From: an uncultured Candidatus Saccharibacteria bacterium
GTDB lineage: Bacteria; Patescibacteriota; Minisyncoccia; Phycocordibacterales; DATDWN01
Direction: 5' to 3'
Assembly: GCA_964603545.1 (NCBI GenBank)
Contig: CAZRVD010000001.1
Span: 68,358 to 132,357, forward strand
DNA: 64,000 nt
Under the pieces are notes generated by a model that searched no databases, was not told where the DNA came from, and saw only the letters and a list, made by a program, of their open reading frames with translations. Below, piece after piece: positions 1 through 10,136 of the stretch. Every line of letters begins with the position of its first letter. Within the stretch, counting starts at the first letter, position 1. Made by a program: the position numbers and the translations under genes.

Positions 1-30
1 ATGTGCGGGACTCCCGGTCGGGGCGATTGG

Positions 31-372
31 TCAGGGAAACTCAGTCACCCCATAAATCAATTGGGGTTTGAGTTCGATCCCGAACCTCTTTCGAGCGAAG
101 ACTTTTTGAACCTCGCCCTGCTTGGTGTAGTACGTGACGTTGATGGCGCGCCCATCAGATTCACCATCACATCTGATCGGTGATTCGGTTGCGTTGCAGG
201 CAAACAGGATCGCGAACTGGTCGTTTGGATAGCGTTGGATTGCATCGTTGATCCGCCAGCCTGCATCCTGCAGTGCGTGAAAAGCCATATCTCGCCGGAG
301 ACCGTTCTTCAACGGCTCCCAGCCTGCCAGGATGACCACAGCAAACATTGCGGTAAACAGAATCTTCTTCAA
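31..372 (-). CDS. GC-rich hypothetical exported/membrane-anchored protein
   Basis: ORF 31..420; likely start TTG at 372 (MKKILFTAMFAVVILAG, signal-like) after SD GGGAGG and a TTGACA...TATAGT promoter on the minus strand. Confidence 0.55.
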   Translation of the reverse strand: MKKILFTAMFAVVILAGWEPLKNGLRRDMAFHALQDAGWRINDAIQRYPNDQFAILFACNATESPIRCDGESDGRAINVTYYTKQGEVQKVFARKRFGIELKPQLIYGVTEFP

Positions 373-525
373 TTTAAGGCCCTCCCTTGGCCCATTAATA
401 TCCACACTCACTATACACATAAAAAGTATCTATGTCAAGTGGTATTTTACTTATAAAAATAGCTAAAAATCGCTTGTTTATGGTGATAGAATTTGCTATA
501 ATGAACGGACCAAAAACACATAAAT

Positions 526-2610
526 ATGGCTAATAAAGTAGAGAAAAAGTCAGTAAAGAAAGACAGCTACGGAGCGGATGCAATCCAGATCCTAGAGGGC
601 CTAGAACCGGTCAGAAAGCGACCTGGAATGTACATTGGTACAACAGGAACAGATGGACTACATCACCTAATAACAGAGATTTTTGATAACTCGAGAGACG
701 AAGCCATGGGTGGTTTTGCAAACGAAATTGAAGTCACTCTTTTGCCTGGAAATAGAATTCGAGTTACAGACAACGGGCGAGGTATTCCTGTAGACATTCA
801 CAAGCAGACAAAAGTTTCAGCACTTGAAACTATTATGACGACTCTCCATGCTGGAGGAAAGTTTGGTGGCGAAGACGGTGGCTACAAAGTTTCTGGAGGA
901 CTGCACGGAGTGGGAGCTTCTGTTGTGAACGCACTTTCTATTTATTGTAAAGTTACTGTACATAAAGATGGGGGTGTTTATATGCAGGAGTATTCTCAAG
1001 GTAAGAAAAAAGCTCTTGTAAAGAAGATCGGTTCGACAAAACTAAATGGAACTATCTCAGTTTTTGAACCAGACCCAGCTATTTTCCCAATTATAGAATT
1101 CGATGCACAGAGAGTTATGGATCATATGCGACAGCAAGCATATCTAGTAAAAGGTCTAAGAATCACAGTAAACTACGCATCAAAATACGAGGGTAAAATA
1201 AAAGAAGATGAAGTTTTCAAAATTTCTGAACTTGGACTGGAGATTCCTTCTATGAGCTTTTATTTTGAAGGAGGACTTCTTTCTCTTGTTAAGTTTATGA
1301 ATTCTACAGAGAAGCCAATTCACAAAAATGTTTTCTATATAGAGAAAAAAACAAACGAATGGGAATCTGTAGAAGTATCACTCCAATATGTAGATGACAT
1401 AACTTGTAGACTTTCAGCTTTTGCAAACAATATCAGTACTCCAGAAGGTGGAACACATGTTACCGGCTTCAAAACTGCACTCACAAGAACACTCAACACA
1501 TATGGTAGAAAAAATAATTTAATAAAAGAAAGCGAAGACAATTTTACCGGGGAAGATGTTCTAGAAGGACTCACAGCTGTTGTTTCTGTAAAGCTTCGAG
1601 AGATTCAGTTCGAAGGACAAACTAAAGCTAAGCTTGGGACAGTTGAAGCGCAGGGTGCGGTTAATACTATTTTCTCAGAAGCATTTACATATTTCCTAGA
1701 AGAGAATCCAGACGATGCAAAGGCTATAATAAACAAAGTCGTTCTTGCTCTTAAGGCTCGTAAGGCTGCAAAAGCTGCAAAAGATTCTGTGCTTCGGAAA
1801 GGCGCGCTAGAGGGCATGACTCTCCCTGGAAAGCTTGCAGACTGTCAGAGTAAATCTGCGGAGGATTCTGAACTGTTTATTGTGGAGGGAGATTCTGCGG
1901 GAGGTACTGCAAAAACTGGACGAGACAGAAGAACACAGGCAATTTTGCCACTCCGAGGAAAAATTTTAAACATTGAACGTGCAAGACTAGACAGATTGCT
2001 TGAATCAGAACAAATTAAAAATTTGGTTATCGCACTCGGTACCGCGATAGGAGATACATTTGATATTTTTAAACTGCGATATCACAAAATAATTATTGCA
2101 ACAGATGCGGACGTTGATGGTGCACACATAAGAACACTTATTCTTACACTACTTTACAGATACTTCAGACCACTTATCGATGGAGGATTTATTTATATTG
2201 CTCAACCACCACTTTATAAAATAAAGAAAGGTAAAGAAGTTTTCTACGCTTATTCTGACGAGGATAAAGAAAAAATAGTTGGAAAAGCAGAAGTTGCTGA
2301 AATCACAGAAGTAGACGAAATGCCTGAAGAAGAAGAGGATTTGGATTCCGCCGGAGGTAAAAAATCATCAGAGGCGAAAGCTTCGAGAGCGGCAAAAATT
2401 TCTATTCAACGATACAAAGGTCTTGGAGAAATGAATTCAGAAGAATTGTGGGAAACAACCATGGACCCTGCACGTAGAATTCTAAAACAGGTTGCAGTAG
2501 AATCCACAGCATCTGCCGACAAAGTGTTTGATGTTTTGATGGGTACGGATGTGCCGGCTCGTAAGTCTTTCATCCAAAGTAATGCTACAAAAGCGAATTT
2601 AGATATTTAA
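526..2610 (+). CDS. gyrB: DNA gyrase subunit B
   Basis: LEGLEPVRKRPGMYIG, GHKL ATPase motifs (DNGRGIP, SGGLHGVG), TOPRIM EGDSAGG, PLRGKILN, DADVDG, QRYKGLGEMN. Confidence 0.95.
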   Translation: MANKVEKKSVKKDSYGADAIQILEGLEPVRKRPGMYIGTTGTDGLHHLITEIFDNSRDEAMGGFANEIEVTLLPGNRIRVTDNGRGIPVDIHKQTKVSALETIMTTLHAGGKFGGEDGGYKVSGGLHGVGASVVNALSIYCKVTVHKDGGVYMQEYSQGKKKALVKKIGSTKLNGTISVFEPDPAIFPIIEFDAQRVMDHMRQQAYLVKGLRITVNYASKYEGKIKEDEVFKISELGLEIPSMSFYFEGGLLSLVKFMNSTEKPIHKNVFYIEKKTNEWESVEVSLQYVDDITCRLSAFANNISTPEGGTHVTGFKTALTRTLNTYGRKNNLIKESEDNFTGEDVLEGLTAVVSVKLREIQFEGQTKAKLGTVEAQGAVNTIFSEAFTYFLEENPDDAKAIINKVVLALKARKAAKAAKDSVLRKGALEGMTLPGKLADCQSKSAEDSELFIVEGDSAGGTAKTGRDRRTQAILPLRGKILNIERARLDRLLESEQIKNLVIALGTAIGDTFDIFKLRYHKIIIATDADVDGAHIRTLILTLLYRYFRPLIDGGFIYIAQPPLYKIKKGKEVFYAYSDEDKEKIVGKAEVAEITEVDEMPEEEEDLDSAGGKKSSEAKASRAAKISIQRYKGLGEMNSEELWETTMDPARRILKQVAVESTASADKVFDVLMGTDVPARKSFIQSNATKANLDI

Positions 2611-2613
2611 TTT

Positions 2614-3549
2614 ATGGCAAAATATTTAGTTACGGGTGGTGCAGGGTTTATTGGTTCAAATATTGTAAAGAAACTTGTGGAGGACGGTCATATCGTCAGA
2701 GTTTTGGACAACTTAGCTACAGGAAAAAGAAAAAATTTAGAATCACTTCTTTCTAAAATAGAATTTATAGAGGGAGATTTCACAGATTTAACCGTTGCAA
2801 AAAAAGCTGTTGAGGGAATTGATTTTGTGTTACATCAAGGTGCTATACCATCCGTACCACGTTCAGTTGACGATCCGATTAAAACTAACAACGCAAATAT
2901 TTTAGGAACACTAAATATGCTCGTTGCATCGAGAGATGCAAAGGTAAAAAGATTTATATACGCTGCGTCTTCATCCGCTTATGGGGATTCAAAAGTAATG
3001 CCAAAGGAAGAGAGTATGGGTACTGCTCCTAAGTCTCCATATGCAATTCAAAAATTAACAGGAGAAGAATATTGCCAAGTTTTTTATAAATTGTATGGGT
3101 TGGAGACAGTTTGTCTAAGATATTTTAATGTCTTCGGTCCAAACCAGGATCCGGAATCAGTTTATTCGGCCGTTATCCCATTGTTTATAAAAAAAATAAT
3201 GCGCAATGAGTCTCCAGTTATATTTGGAGACGGAACAACTTCTAGAGATTTTACTTTTGTGGAAAATAATGTTGATGCCAATATCAGAGCTTGTGTTGCT
3301 CCAAGTATTGTCTCTGGAGAAGTAATAAATATTGCTTGTGGATATGAAATATCTCTAAATGAACTTGTTCAAAAAATAAATAAAGAATTTGGAACAAACA
3401 TAAAACCTATTTATAAAGACGAGAGAGTTGGAGATGTTAAACATTCTCTTGCTGATATTACCAAGGCAGAAAAATTATTAGGTTATAAACCAATAGTAAA
3501 TTTTGATGATGGATTAAGAAAAACTATAGAATTTTATAAAAATAATTAA
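2614..3549 (+). CDS. NAD-dependent nucleotide-sugar epimerase/dehydratase (extended SDR)
   Basis: TGGAGFIG Rossmann motif, YAIQK (YxxxK), LRYFNVFGP. Confidence 0.9.
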   Translation: MAKYLVTGGAGFIGSNIVKKLVEDGHIVRVLDNLATGKRKNLESLLSKIEFIEGDFTDLTVAKKAVEGIDFVLHQGAIPSVPRSVDDPIKTNNANILGTLNMLVASRDAKVKRFIYAASSSAYGDSKVMPKEESMGTAPKSPYAIQKLTGEEYCQVFYKLYGLETVCLRYFNVFGPNQDPESVYSAVIPLFIKKIMRNESPVIFGDGTTSRDFTFVENNVDANIRACVAPSIVSGEVINIACGYEISLNELVQKINKEFGTNIKPIYKDERVGDVKHSLADITKAEKLLGYKPIVNFDDGLRKTIEFYKNN

Positions 3550-3581
3550 ACTAAAACCACTCGAGTGAGTGGTTTTAGTTT
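3548..3581. terminator. Bidirectional intrinsic terminator
   Basis: AAACTAAAACCACTC/GAGTGGTTTTAGTTT inverted repeat between convergent genes. Confidence 0.75.
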
Positions 3582-3873
3582 ATTCCAAGTCCAATTCTTC
3601 TGTCTTTGGTTCTTCAGTATTAGGTTCCTCTTTCTTCTCCTTTTTTTCTGTCTTTTTTTCAGTGTGGTGCATGTGCACGGTGATGGGTTTTTTTGGAACA
3701 ATAAGTACTGCGATAATATAGCCCACTACAGCAGGGAAGACTCCTGTGGCTATGGTGATAATAATATAAGCGAGGCGCAATATGGTTGGATCAACATCGT
3801 AATACTCTCCAAGTCCTCCAATAACTCCAGCCACTATTTTGTTCTCTTCACTTTTATATAATATTTTTACCAT
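3580..3873 (-). CDS. PspC domain membrane protein
   Basis: LYKSEENKIVAGVIGGLGEYYDVDPTILRL...YIIAVLIVP matches the PspC pattern. Confidence 0.85.
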   Translation of the reverse strand: MVKILYKSEENKIVAGVIGGLGEYYDVDPTILRLAYIIITIATGVFPAVVGYIIAVLIVPKKPITVHMHHTEKKTEKKEKKEEPNTEEPKTEELDLE

Positions 3874-3884
3874 AAATTTATTGA

Positions 3885-5135
3885 CTATGATTTGTTTTTG
3901 ATTTCTGTTTGGAGTTTGGCTAAGACTTCTTCAATCGACATCTGTCCAAGTTGACCTGCATCCCTAGATTCAAGAGTGACTTTTCCCGCTTCTACTTCCT
4001 TATCTCCTAATACAATCCAGTAAGGCATTTTATTTGTCTTAGCGTCACGAACTTTTGTTCCAAGGTTTTCATCTGCATTGTCTAGCTCTACTCGAATACC
4101 TGCTTCCAGAAGAGTTTTATAAACCTCTTCTGCTTTTGCGTTGTGAGTATCACGAACAGGAATAATTTTTACCTGAACTGGTGCAAGCCAGAGGGGGAAT
4201 GAGCCCTCATATTTTTCAATGAGGAAAGCCATAATTCTTTCAATCGCACCTATAGAAGAGCGGTGAATTACAGATGAACATAGTTTTGTTATACCATCTG
4301 AATCGACATATGAAAGTTCGAATCTGCCAGGGGCTAGAAAATCATATTGAACTGTGAATGCTGTATTTTCCAAACCCCTAACATCTTTCATTTGTACATC
4401 GATTTTTGGTCCGTAAAATGCAGCTTCGTCTTCTGCCTCGTAGAATTTAACTTCCTGGTTTTTTAAAACTTTTCTTAAAATTTCTTCTGCATTGTCCCAT
4501 GCCTTATCATCTTTGTGATATTTTTTTGAATCTGTTCTTTTACCAAGGGATAGTCTGTACCAAAAATCCTCTCCTTTTTTAAGCCCAAATACTCCAGCAG
4601 CATAAGTTATCAAGTCAAGAGCTTTTTGTATTTCAACACCAGATTGTTCGTTGTTTGCACAAATAATATGGGCATCTGCTAAACAAAAAGATCTTACGCG
4701 AACTAACCCCGTCAGGTTTCCAGAAGCTTCATATCTATAAAGTTTTGCAACTTCAGCTATTCTCATTGGGAGTTCTTTGTATGAATGAGGTTTAGAAAGA
4801 TATAATTCATAATGATGCGGGCATGTCATCGGACGAAGCATGAATTCTTCACCATCAATATTGATAGGAGCATACATTGTGTCTTTATAGTATGGGTAGT
4901 GTCCAGATTTCTCGTATAAACCTATTTTGGCTATATCAGGGGTACTAACATGTTTGTATCCACGTTTTATTTCCTCATCCACAATAAATCTCTCTAGCTC
5001 ACGTCTTATAGATGCTCCTTTATCCGTGTATAGTGGGAGACCTTTTCCTATAACATCTGAGAATACAAAAAGTCCCAATTCTTTACCAATGACTCTGTGG
5101 TCATTTTTGTCCATTTCATTGTTATCTTTTTCCAT
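3885..5135 (-). CDS. thrS: Threonine--tRNA ligase (no N-terminal editing domain)
   Basis: DHRVIGKELGLF, LRPMTCPHH, YRYEASG, AAFYGPKID, IHRSSIGAIER; probable start MEKDNN at 5135. Confidence 0.93.
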   Translation of the reverse strand: MEKDNNEMDKNDHRVIGKELGLFVFSDVIGKGLPLYTDKGASIRRELERFIVDEEIKRGYKHVSTPDIAKIGLYEKSGHYPYYKDTMYAPINIDGEEFMLRPMTCPHHYELYLSKPHSYKELPMRIAEVAKLYRYEASGNLTGLVRVRSFCLADAHIICANNEQSGVEIQKALDLITYAAGVFGLKKGEDFWYRLSLGKRTDSKKYHKDDKAWDNAEEILRKVLKNQEVKFYEAEDEAAFYGPKIDVQMKDVRGLENTAFTVQYDFLAPGRFELSYVDSDGITKLCSSVIHRSSIGAIERIMAFLIEKYEGSFPLWLAPVQVKIIPVRDTHNAKAEEVYKTLLEAGIRVELDNADENLGTKVRDAKTNKMPYWIVLGDKEVEAGKVTLESRDAGQLGQMSIEEVLAKLQTEIKNKS

Positions 5136-5225
5136 ATTTATTAGCATAGCATAACACCAGGTATTTTTGCGACATGTTGACATTATGTATAAATGGTTTA
5201 TTGTGAATGTGGGGGGATTAATACC

Positions 5226-5456
5226 ATGACTGCAGGATTTGAGAACGTGAATGTCTCGGCCCTCCTCCAAGAATTAGGTATCAGTCGAGATAGAGCAGTC
5301 GAACTGCTTCAAGTCAAATCTGATACTCTTGCTGATTGGCAGGCCAGAGGGGAGATGCCTAAGGGAGTTCGGGGGTATCTGAAGCATCTTGTCCGTGGAG
5401 GAGAACCATATCGTGAATTGGTGGCAGTTTCACTTCGTGACAGGATAAACCAATGA
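5226..5456 (+). CDS. Small putative helix-turn-helix protein
   Basis: LLQELGISRDRAVELLQVKSDTLADW is XRE/Cro-like; G-rich SD before ATG 5226. Confidence 0.5.
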   Translation: MTAGFENVNVSALLQELGISRDRAVELLQVKSDTLADWQARGEMPKGVRGYLKHLVRGGEPYRELVAVSLRDRINQ

Positions 5457-5641
5457 GTATACCTAGGACAAGCTGGATGGTAGGTGCTGTAGGTGCTGTG
5501 GCTGGCAGTATTCTGTTCACCTACGGACATAATCTCAACAGCTTTCTCGCGTCCATTCTAAGCATGATCTTCGTTGCATGTATCCTTAGGGCTCTTCTTG
5601 GTTTCGGTCCAGTCCAAGACAGGAATTCCCGCGAGCAATAA
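5453..5641 (+). CDS. Small two-TM membrane protein
   Basis: Two hydrophobic stretches; ATGA overlap with the upstream ORF; followed by a GC-rich hairpin and T run. Confidence 0.5.
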   Translation: MSIPRTSWMVGAVGAVAGSILFTYGHNLNSFLASILSMIFVACILRALLGFGPVQDRNSREQ

Positions 5642-5726
5642 CATCACACATCTGCCGGCGACGGAGTGTGTTGCATTCACACTCCGCGTCGAGATTCGTC
5701 TCGGCGTTTTTCTTTATCCAACAACA

Positions 5727-5925
5727 AATAAATTTAGAATATTTTTAGAGACTCACGGAAACAATTAGTAATTAACGACGAAGATAAAATAAGCACGAAG
5801 CATTGTTTGAGCAAAGCGAGTTTGCGAGAGTGCTATGTATCAAGGAGATTAATTTCTTGATTGTTGAGTGCGAGCAAAATTGTACCAACAATTTATGCGT
5901 GCTCTAAAAATATTCCAAATTTATT
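5727..5925. repeat. Long branched palindromic element (long class), copy F
   Basis: 24-bp terminal inverted repeat with 1 mismatch overlapping the dnaE stop; internal motifs shared with 46299-46483. Confidence 0.8.
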
Positions 5926-8900
5926 ACTCCATCAGCTTTACTTTGTCGATCAATATTGACTTCTCTCCATTTCTTAAAGAAAAAGTCCCTTTTATAACGA
6001 TGCAACTTTCAGGGATTAAAATGTCTTGAAATTCTTCAAAAATTTTAGGGAAAGCAACAACATCTATACTATCTGTTAGATCTGCAAGTTTTAGGAAAAT
6101 CATTTTGTCTCCCTTTTTTGTCATTACACTTCGGATTTCTTCTACAATACCCCCCACAACAACCGGAGCTCTTTCTGTGGCAGTTTCTTTTAATTTTTTG
6201 ATATTAGTTTCTCTTCCTTCCAACTTATGTTTAAAAGAATCCAGTGGGTGTCCAGAAATATAAAGTCCGAGAAGTTCCTTTTCCCATAAAAGTTTTTCAG
6301 CTGAGTCACCTGGCGGAGATAGATCAAGTTCAATTTCTGAAGCTTTAGTCGGAGTGGACATCAAAGAGAAAAGTGAATCTTGGTCAGATTCCTTGCTTCG
6401 CTCTTCTTTGTTGAAAGTAAGAAGTTTATCTAGATTAAAAAGTAATGTGCTTCGATCACTGCCTTTTGGTGTTATGGATTCAAGTGCTCCTGTTTTAATA
6501 AGAGCTTCCATAGATTTTTTATTTAAATTTTTATCTTTTATTCTACGAAGGAAATCAGAAAGGGTAGTAAAAGGCCCATTTGCTTTTCTTTCTGTAATTA
6601 TTGATGTTGCGATTCCTTCACCAAAGTTTTTAATTGTTGTTAGTCCAAAACGGATTGAGTCTTTTCCATTTGTCTTTATTACGGTGAAGCCTTCAAAAGA
6701 TTGATTTACATCTGGGGGAAGAACAAGAATTCCCATTCTTTTACACTCGCTAATTATTTCTGAAATCATGTCTGTGTCGCCCGATTCTGCTGTAAGGACG
6801 GCGGACATATATATTGCGGGGAAGTTGGCTTTCATATAAGCAGTTTGGTAAGCCACTTTTCCATAGCTTGCTGCGTGGGCTTTGTTGAAGCCATAACCCT
6901 GGAAAGGTTCAAACAAATTCCACAATTCTTCTGCTTTTTTCTCTGTCATCCCGCCATGCGTCTGACAGCCTTCAACGAATTTTACGTGTTGTTTTGCCAT
7001 TTCTTCGCGGATTTTTTTACCAACAGCCTTTCGGAATTTATCCACTTCACCCCAATTGTATCCAGCCACTTCAATAGCTGTGTAAAGAAGGTCATCTTGG
7101 TAAACTAGCACTCCAAAAGTTTTGTCCAAAAAATTTTTCATTTTTGGATGCAAATACGTCACGGGTTTTCTACCATGCTTTCTCTCAATGTATTCTTTTA
7201 TGTTATCCATCGGTCCTGGGCGGTACAGAGCTACCATAACATTTATGTCGTGAATTACAGTTGGCTTCAAATCCTTAAGAGATCGAGTCATCCCATCCCC
7301 GTTAAGTTGGAAAAGTCCAACGGTTTCTCCGCGGGCGAGCATTTCAAAAGTTTTTTTGTCATCCACTGGTACGTTTTCAATATCAATTTTTACTCCTTCC
7401 AGTTTTTCTGCTAGTTTTACGGCGTCTGCCAAAATAGAAAGGTTTCGTATTCCAAGAAAATCAAATTTAAGTAACCCCACGCCGTCTTCACCAACATCAT
7501 TCATGTCGTATTGAGTTATTATTTTATTGTCACCTTTTGTGTCGTATTGTAGTGGCACATAGTCAGTAAGTGGTGTAGGGGAGATCACCACACCAGCTGC
7601 GTGCACAGAGATGTGTCTTGCTCCACCCTCTATTTTTTTTGCCATATCTATTATTTTTCGGACATCAGTTTGTTCTGTGTACATAGTTTTGAGTTCCGGG
7701 TTTTCTTTCAGTGCTCTCTCAAGGGTCATTGGGAAACCTTGTGCGCCCATGGGGATTTGTTTGGCTATCGCATCTCCCAGACTATATGGAAAACCAAGTG
7801 CACGTGTTACATCTCGCACTGCACCGCGAGCCGCCATTGTTCCAAATGTTCCGATTTGAGCCACTTTGTCTATACCGTATTTCTGCCTTGCATAGTCAAT
7901 CATTTCATCACGTCTATCATCGGCAAAATCCATATCAATATCTGGTGCTGATGGTCTGTCTGGGTTTAGAAATCTTTCAAACGGTAGTTTGTATTCAATA
8001 GGGTTTACGTTTGTGATTCCAGAAAGAAAAGTAACGAGTGAACCAGCCACCGAGCCTCTAATTGTTGTTAGTATTCCATGTTTGTGAGCGTAGTCTAGCA
8101 GGTCATATACAACAAGAAAGTATGGTGCGTATCCTTTGTCCTTGATAACCTTAAGTTCGTATTCTATTCTTTCTAATAGTTCTGGAGTCTTTTCTAGTTT
8201 TCTTTTTGGGATACCTTCAAAAACTATTCTTCGAAACTCGTCATCGTGAGAGAGACCACTTTCTACGATAAAATTTGGTAAAAACCATTTTCCAATAGAA
8301 ATTTCTAGGTTACATCTGTTTGCAATTTTCTCGTTGTTTATTAGCGCCTCTGGTAAATCTTTGAAATATTTCTCTACGATTTTTTGATTTATAAAAGAAA
8401 AGTCGTCTGTTCCTTCTTCCACCTTTTCGTCACTTTGTGACTGAATAGCAAGTAGAGTTTCGCGAGCCACTCTATCTTCTTTGTTTATATAATAGACATC
8501 ATGATTTGCAACAATGGGGGTGTTTGTCTCTTTGGCAAAAGTTATCAACTTTTTCATATTTTCCTCGTGGCCTTTCATCTCTGGGTGGTGAGTGATTTCA
8601 ATATAAAAGTTCGGGACTTCAGTTGTCCCAGCGAATGTTTTTTTGTACCATTCTACTCTTTCTAGTGCCTGTTCCTTATTTCCTGTTTCAAGCGAGGATA
8701 AAATATCGTTTGAAAAAGATGGGGCAATTGCAATAAGTCCATCAGAGTATTTTTCCAAAAGTTCCCTGTCCACTCTCGGTTTGTAGTAGAAACCTTCAAG
8801 GTGCGCGAGTGTCACAAGTTGGATTAAATTTTTATAACCTTTTTCATTTTTCGCAAGAAGCACTAGTCTGTAGCGCTGTTTGTCTATACCGGTTTGTTTT

Positions 8901-9133
8901 TCATGGCGACTTCTGTAGGCAACGTATGCGTCAATTCCAATAATGGGTTTAATTTCTTTTTTCTTGCAAGCCTTGTAAAACTCAATAGCTCCGTAAAGGT
9001 TTGCGTTGTCTGTTAGAGCTAAAGCCGTCATGTCGTTTTTCTTAGCTTCCTCAATTAATGCGTCTATTTTAGGTAGGGCATTAAGTAGGGAGTAGTGGGA
9101 ATGCGTGTGGAGGTGGGTGAAACGGGGTGCCAT
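5924..9133 (-). CDS. dnaE: DNA polymerase III alpha subunit
   Basis: PHP domain HLHTHSHYSLL, PDIDMDF, RGSVAGS, KFDFLG, YGFNKAHAASY, C-terminal OB fold. Confidence 0.96.
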   Translation of the reverse strand: MAPRFTHLHTHSHYSLLNALPKIDALIEEAKKNDMTALALTDNANLYGAIEFYKACKKKEIKPIIGIDAYVAYRSRHEKQTGIDKQRYRLVLLAKNEKGYKNLIQLVTLAHLEGFYYKPRVDRELLEKYSDGLIAIAPSFSNDILSSLETGNKEQALERVEWYKKTFAGTTEVPNFYIEITHHPEMKGHEENMKKLITFAKETNTPIVANHDVYYINKEDRVARETLLAIQSQSDEKVEEGTDDFSFINQKIVEKYFKDLPEALINNEKIANRCNLEISIGKWFLPNFIVESGLSHDDEFRRIVFEGIPKRKLEKTPELLERIEYELKVIKDKGYAPYFLVVYDLLDYAHKHGILTTIRGSVAGSLVTFLSGITNVNPIEYKLPFERFLNPDRPSAPDIDMDFADDRRDEMIDYARQKYGIDKVAQIGTFGTMAARGAVRDVTRALGFPYSLGDAIAKQIPMGAQGFPMTLERALKENPELKTMYTEQTDVRKIIDMAKKIEGGARHISVHAAGVVISPTPLTDYVPLQYDTKGDNKIITQYDMNDVGEDGVGLLKFDFLGIRNLSILADAVKLAEKLEGVKIDIENVPVDDKKTFEMLARGETVGLFQLNGDGMTRSLKDLKPTVIHDINVMVALYRPGPMDNIKEYIERKHGRKPVTYLHPKMKNFLDKTFGVLVYQDDLLYTAIEVAGYNWGEVDKFRKAVGKKIREEMAKQHVKFVEGCQTHGGMTEKKAEELWNLFEPFQGYGFNKAHAASYGKVAYQTAYMKANFPAIYMSAVLTAESGDTDMISEIISECKRMGILVLPPDVNQSFEGFTVIKTNGKDSIRFGLTTIKNFGEGIATSIITERKANGPFTTLSDFLRRIKDKNLNKKSMEALIKTGALESITPKGSDRSTLLFNLDKLLTFNKEERSKESDQDSLFSLMSTPTKASEIELDLSPPGDSAEKLLWEKELLGLYISGHPLDSFKHKLEGRETNIKKLKETATERAPVVVGGIVEEIRSVMTKKGDKMIFLKLADLTDSIDVVAFPKIFEEFQDILIPESCIVIKGTFSLRNGEKSILIDKVKLME

Positions 9134-9196
9134 ATGAAAGGATTATAGCACGAGGTTTTTATAGTAGTTCTATTGAAAAATTGCTAGAGTTATTGC

Positions 9197-9793
9197 ATGA
9201 AATATATAGTTGGTATAGACGAGGTCGGTAGGGGGCCCTTGGCGGGACCAGTCACAGTTTGTGTAACTCTTTGTGAGGAAAAAATCTACAAAAAATTGAA
9301 ACTCAACAAAAATTTACCACCGATTGGAAAAGACAGTAAAAAACTAAAAGAAAAAGATAGAGAAAAATTTTCAAAAGTTTTGGAGGATTTGAAAAAGCAA
9401 GGAAAAATTTCGTTTTCAATAAATCATGTTTCAAACACTATTATAGATACAAGGGGAATTTCTTTCGCTATTAAAAAGGCTATTCATCTTGGTATGAAAA
9501 AACTAAAAATAAATCCTAAAAATTATAGGATACTTTTAGATGGGGGTTTAAAAGTTCCAGTCGAGTTCGAACAAAAAACAATAATAAAAGGGGACGAAAA
9601 AGAAAGAATTATTGCTTGGGCATCTATACTGGCAAAGGTTAGTCGCGATAGGTTAATGGTTAAAATGGCGGAGAAATATCCAAAATATGACTTTGGGCAA
9701 CACAAAGGTTATGGTACGGCGAAACACAGCAATGCTATTTATAAATATGGATTAACTTTGGTTCACAGGGTTACTTTCTGTAGAAAGTATTGA
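9197..9793 (+). CDS. rnhB: Ribonuclease HII
   Basis: GIDEVGRGPLAGPV, DSKKL, KGD, ASILAKVSRD, HKGYGT. Confidence 0.93.
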   Translation: MKYIVGIDEVGRGPLAGPVTVCVTLCEEKIYKKLKLNKNLPPIGKDSKKLKEKDREKFSKVLEDLKKQGKISFSINHVSNTIIDTRGISFAIKKAIHLGMKKLKINPKNYRILLDGGLKVPVEFEQKTIIKGDEKERIIAWASILAKVSRDRLMVKMAEKYPKYDFGQHKGYGTAKHSNAIYKYGLTLVHRVTFCRKY

Positions 9794-9827
9794 TTTTTCT
9801 GAATGGATAGTGTAAAGTATTCCCACT

Positions 9828-10055
9828 ATGGTAGTACGAATGCGTCATACAAAAAGCCAGCGAAACCGAACAAGGTCTCACCACAGACTCTCTAAACCTG
9901 CGGTTACAATGGATAAAAACACAAATGTTCCTCACTTAAGACACAGAGCTAGTCTTCAAACTGGTCAATATAAAGGTAGAACAGTAATAGATATTACAGC
10001 AAAGCTAGAGCGTAAAAACAAGAAAGCAAAAGCCTCTAAAAAAGAAGGAAGATAA
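9828..10055 (+). CDS. rpmF: 50S ribosomal protein L32
   Basis: Basic protein, RHTKSQRNRTRSH...HLRHR...GQYKGR; precedes nusB-rnc-smc. Confidence 0.85.
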   Translation: MVVRMRHTKSQRNRTRSHHRLSKPAVTMDKNTNVPHLRHRASLQTGQYKGRTVIDITAKLERKNKKAKASKKEGR

Positions 10056-10083
10056 AAACCTCCGAAACGGAGGTTTTTATCTT
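10049..10083 (+). terminator. Intrinsic terminator after rpmF
   Basis: AAGATAAAAACCTCCG-AAA-CGGAGGTTTTTATCTT. Confidence 0.8.
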
Positions 10084-10136
10084 AATTAAAATTTGTAAAT
10101 TTTTATAATTGTTCTATACTGTAATCAAACAGTAGT

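Noticed and set aside
5136-5270. Long N-terminal extensions of thrS (also hisS, truB, smc, rpsP) in the ORF track
   Set aside because: They run through promoter sequence; the downstream ATG follows an extended -10 box and matches where homology begins.
6354-8001. Multiple plus-strand ORFs inside dnaE, and similar ones within gyrB, smc, rpoB, typA and uppP
   Set aside because: Antisense to well-conserved genes, with no motifs or expression signals.
9791-9793. Alternative genetic code (TGA=Gly, as in Gracilibacteria/Absconditabacteria)
   Set aside because: Long core genes are intact under code 11 and TGA ends rnhB and other genes at expected positions.
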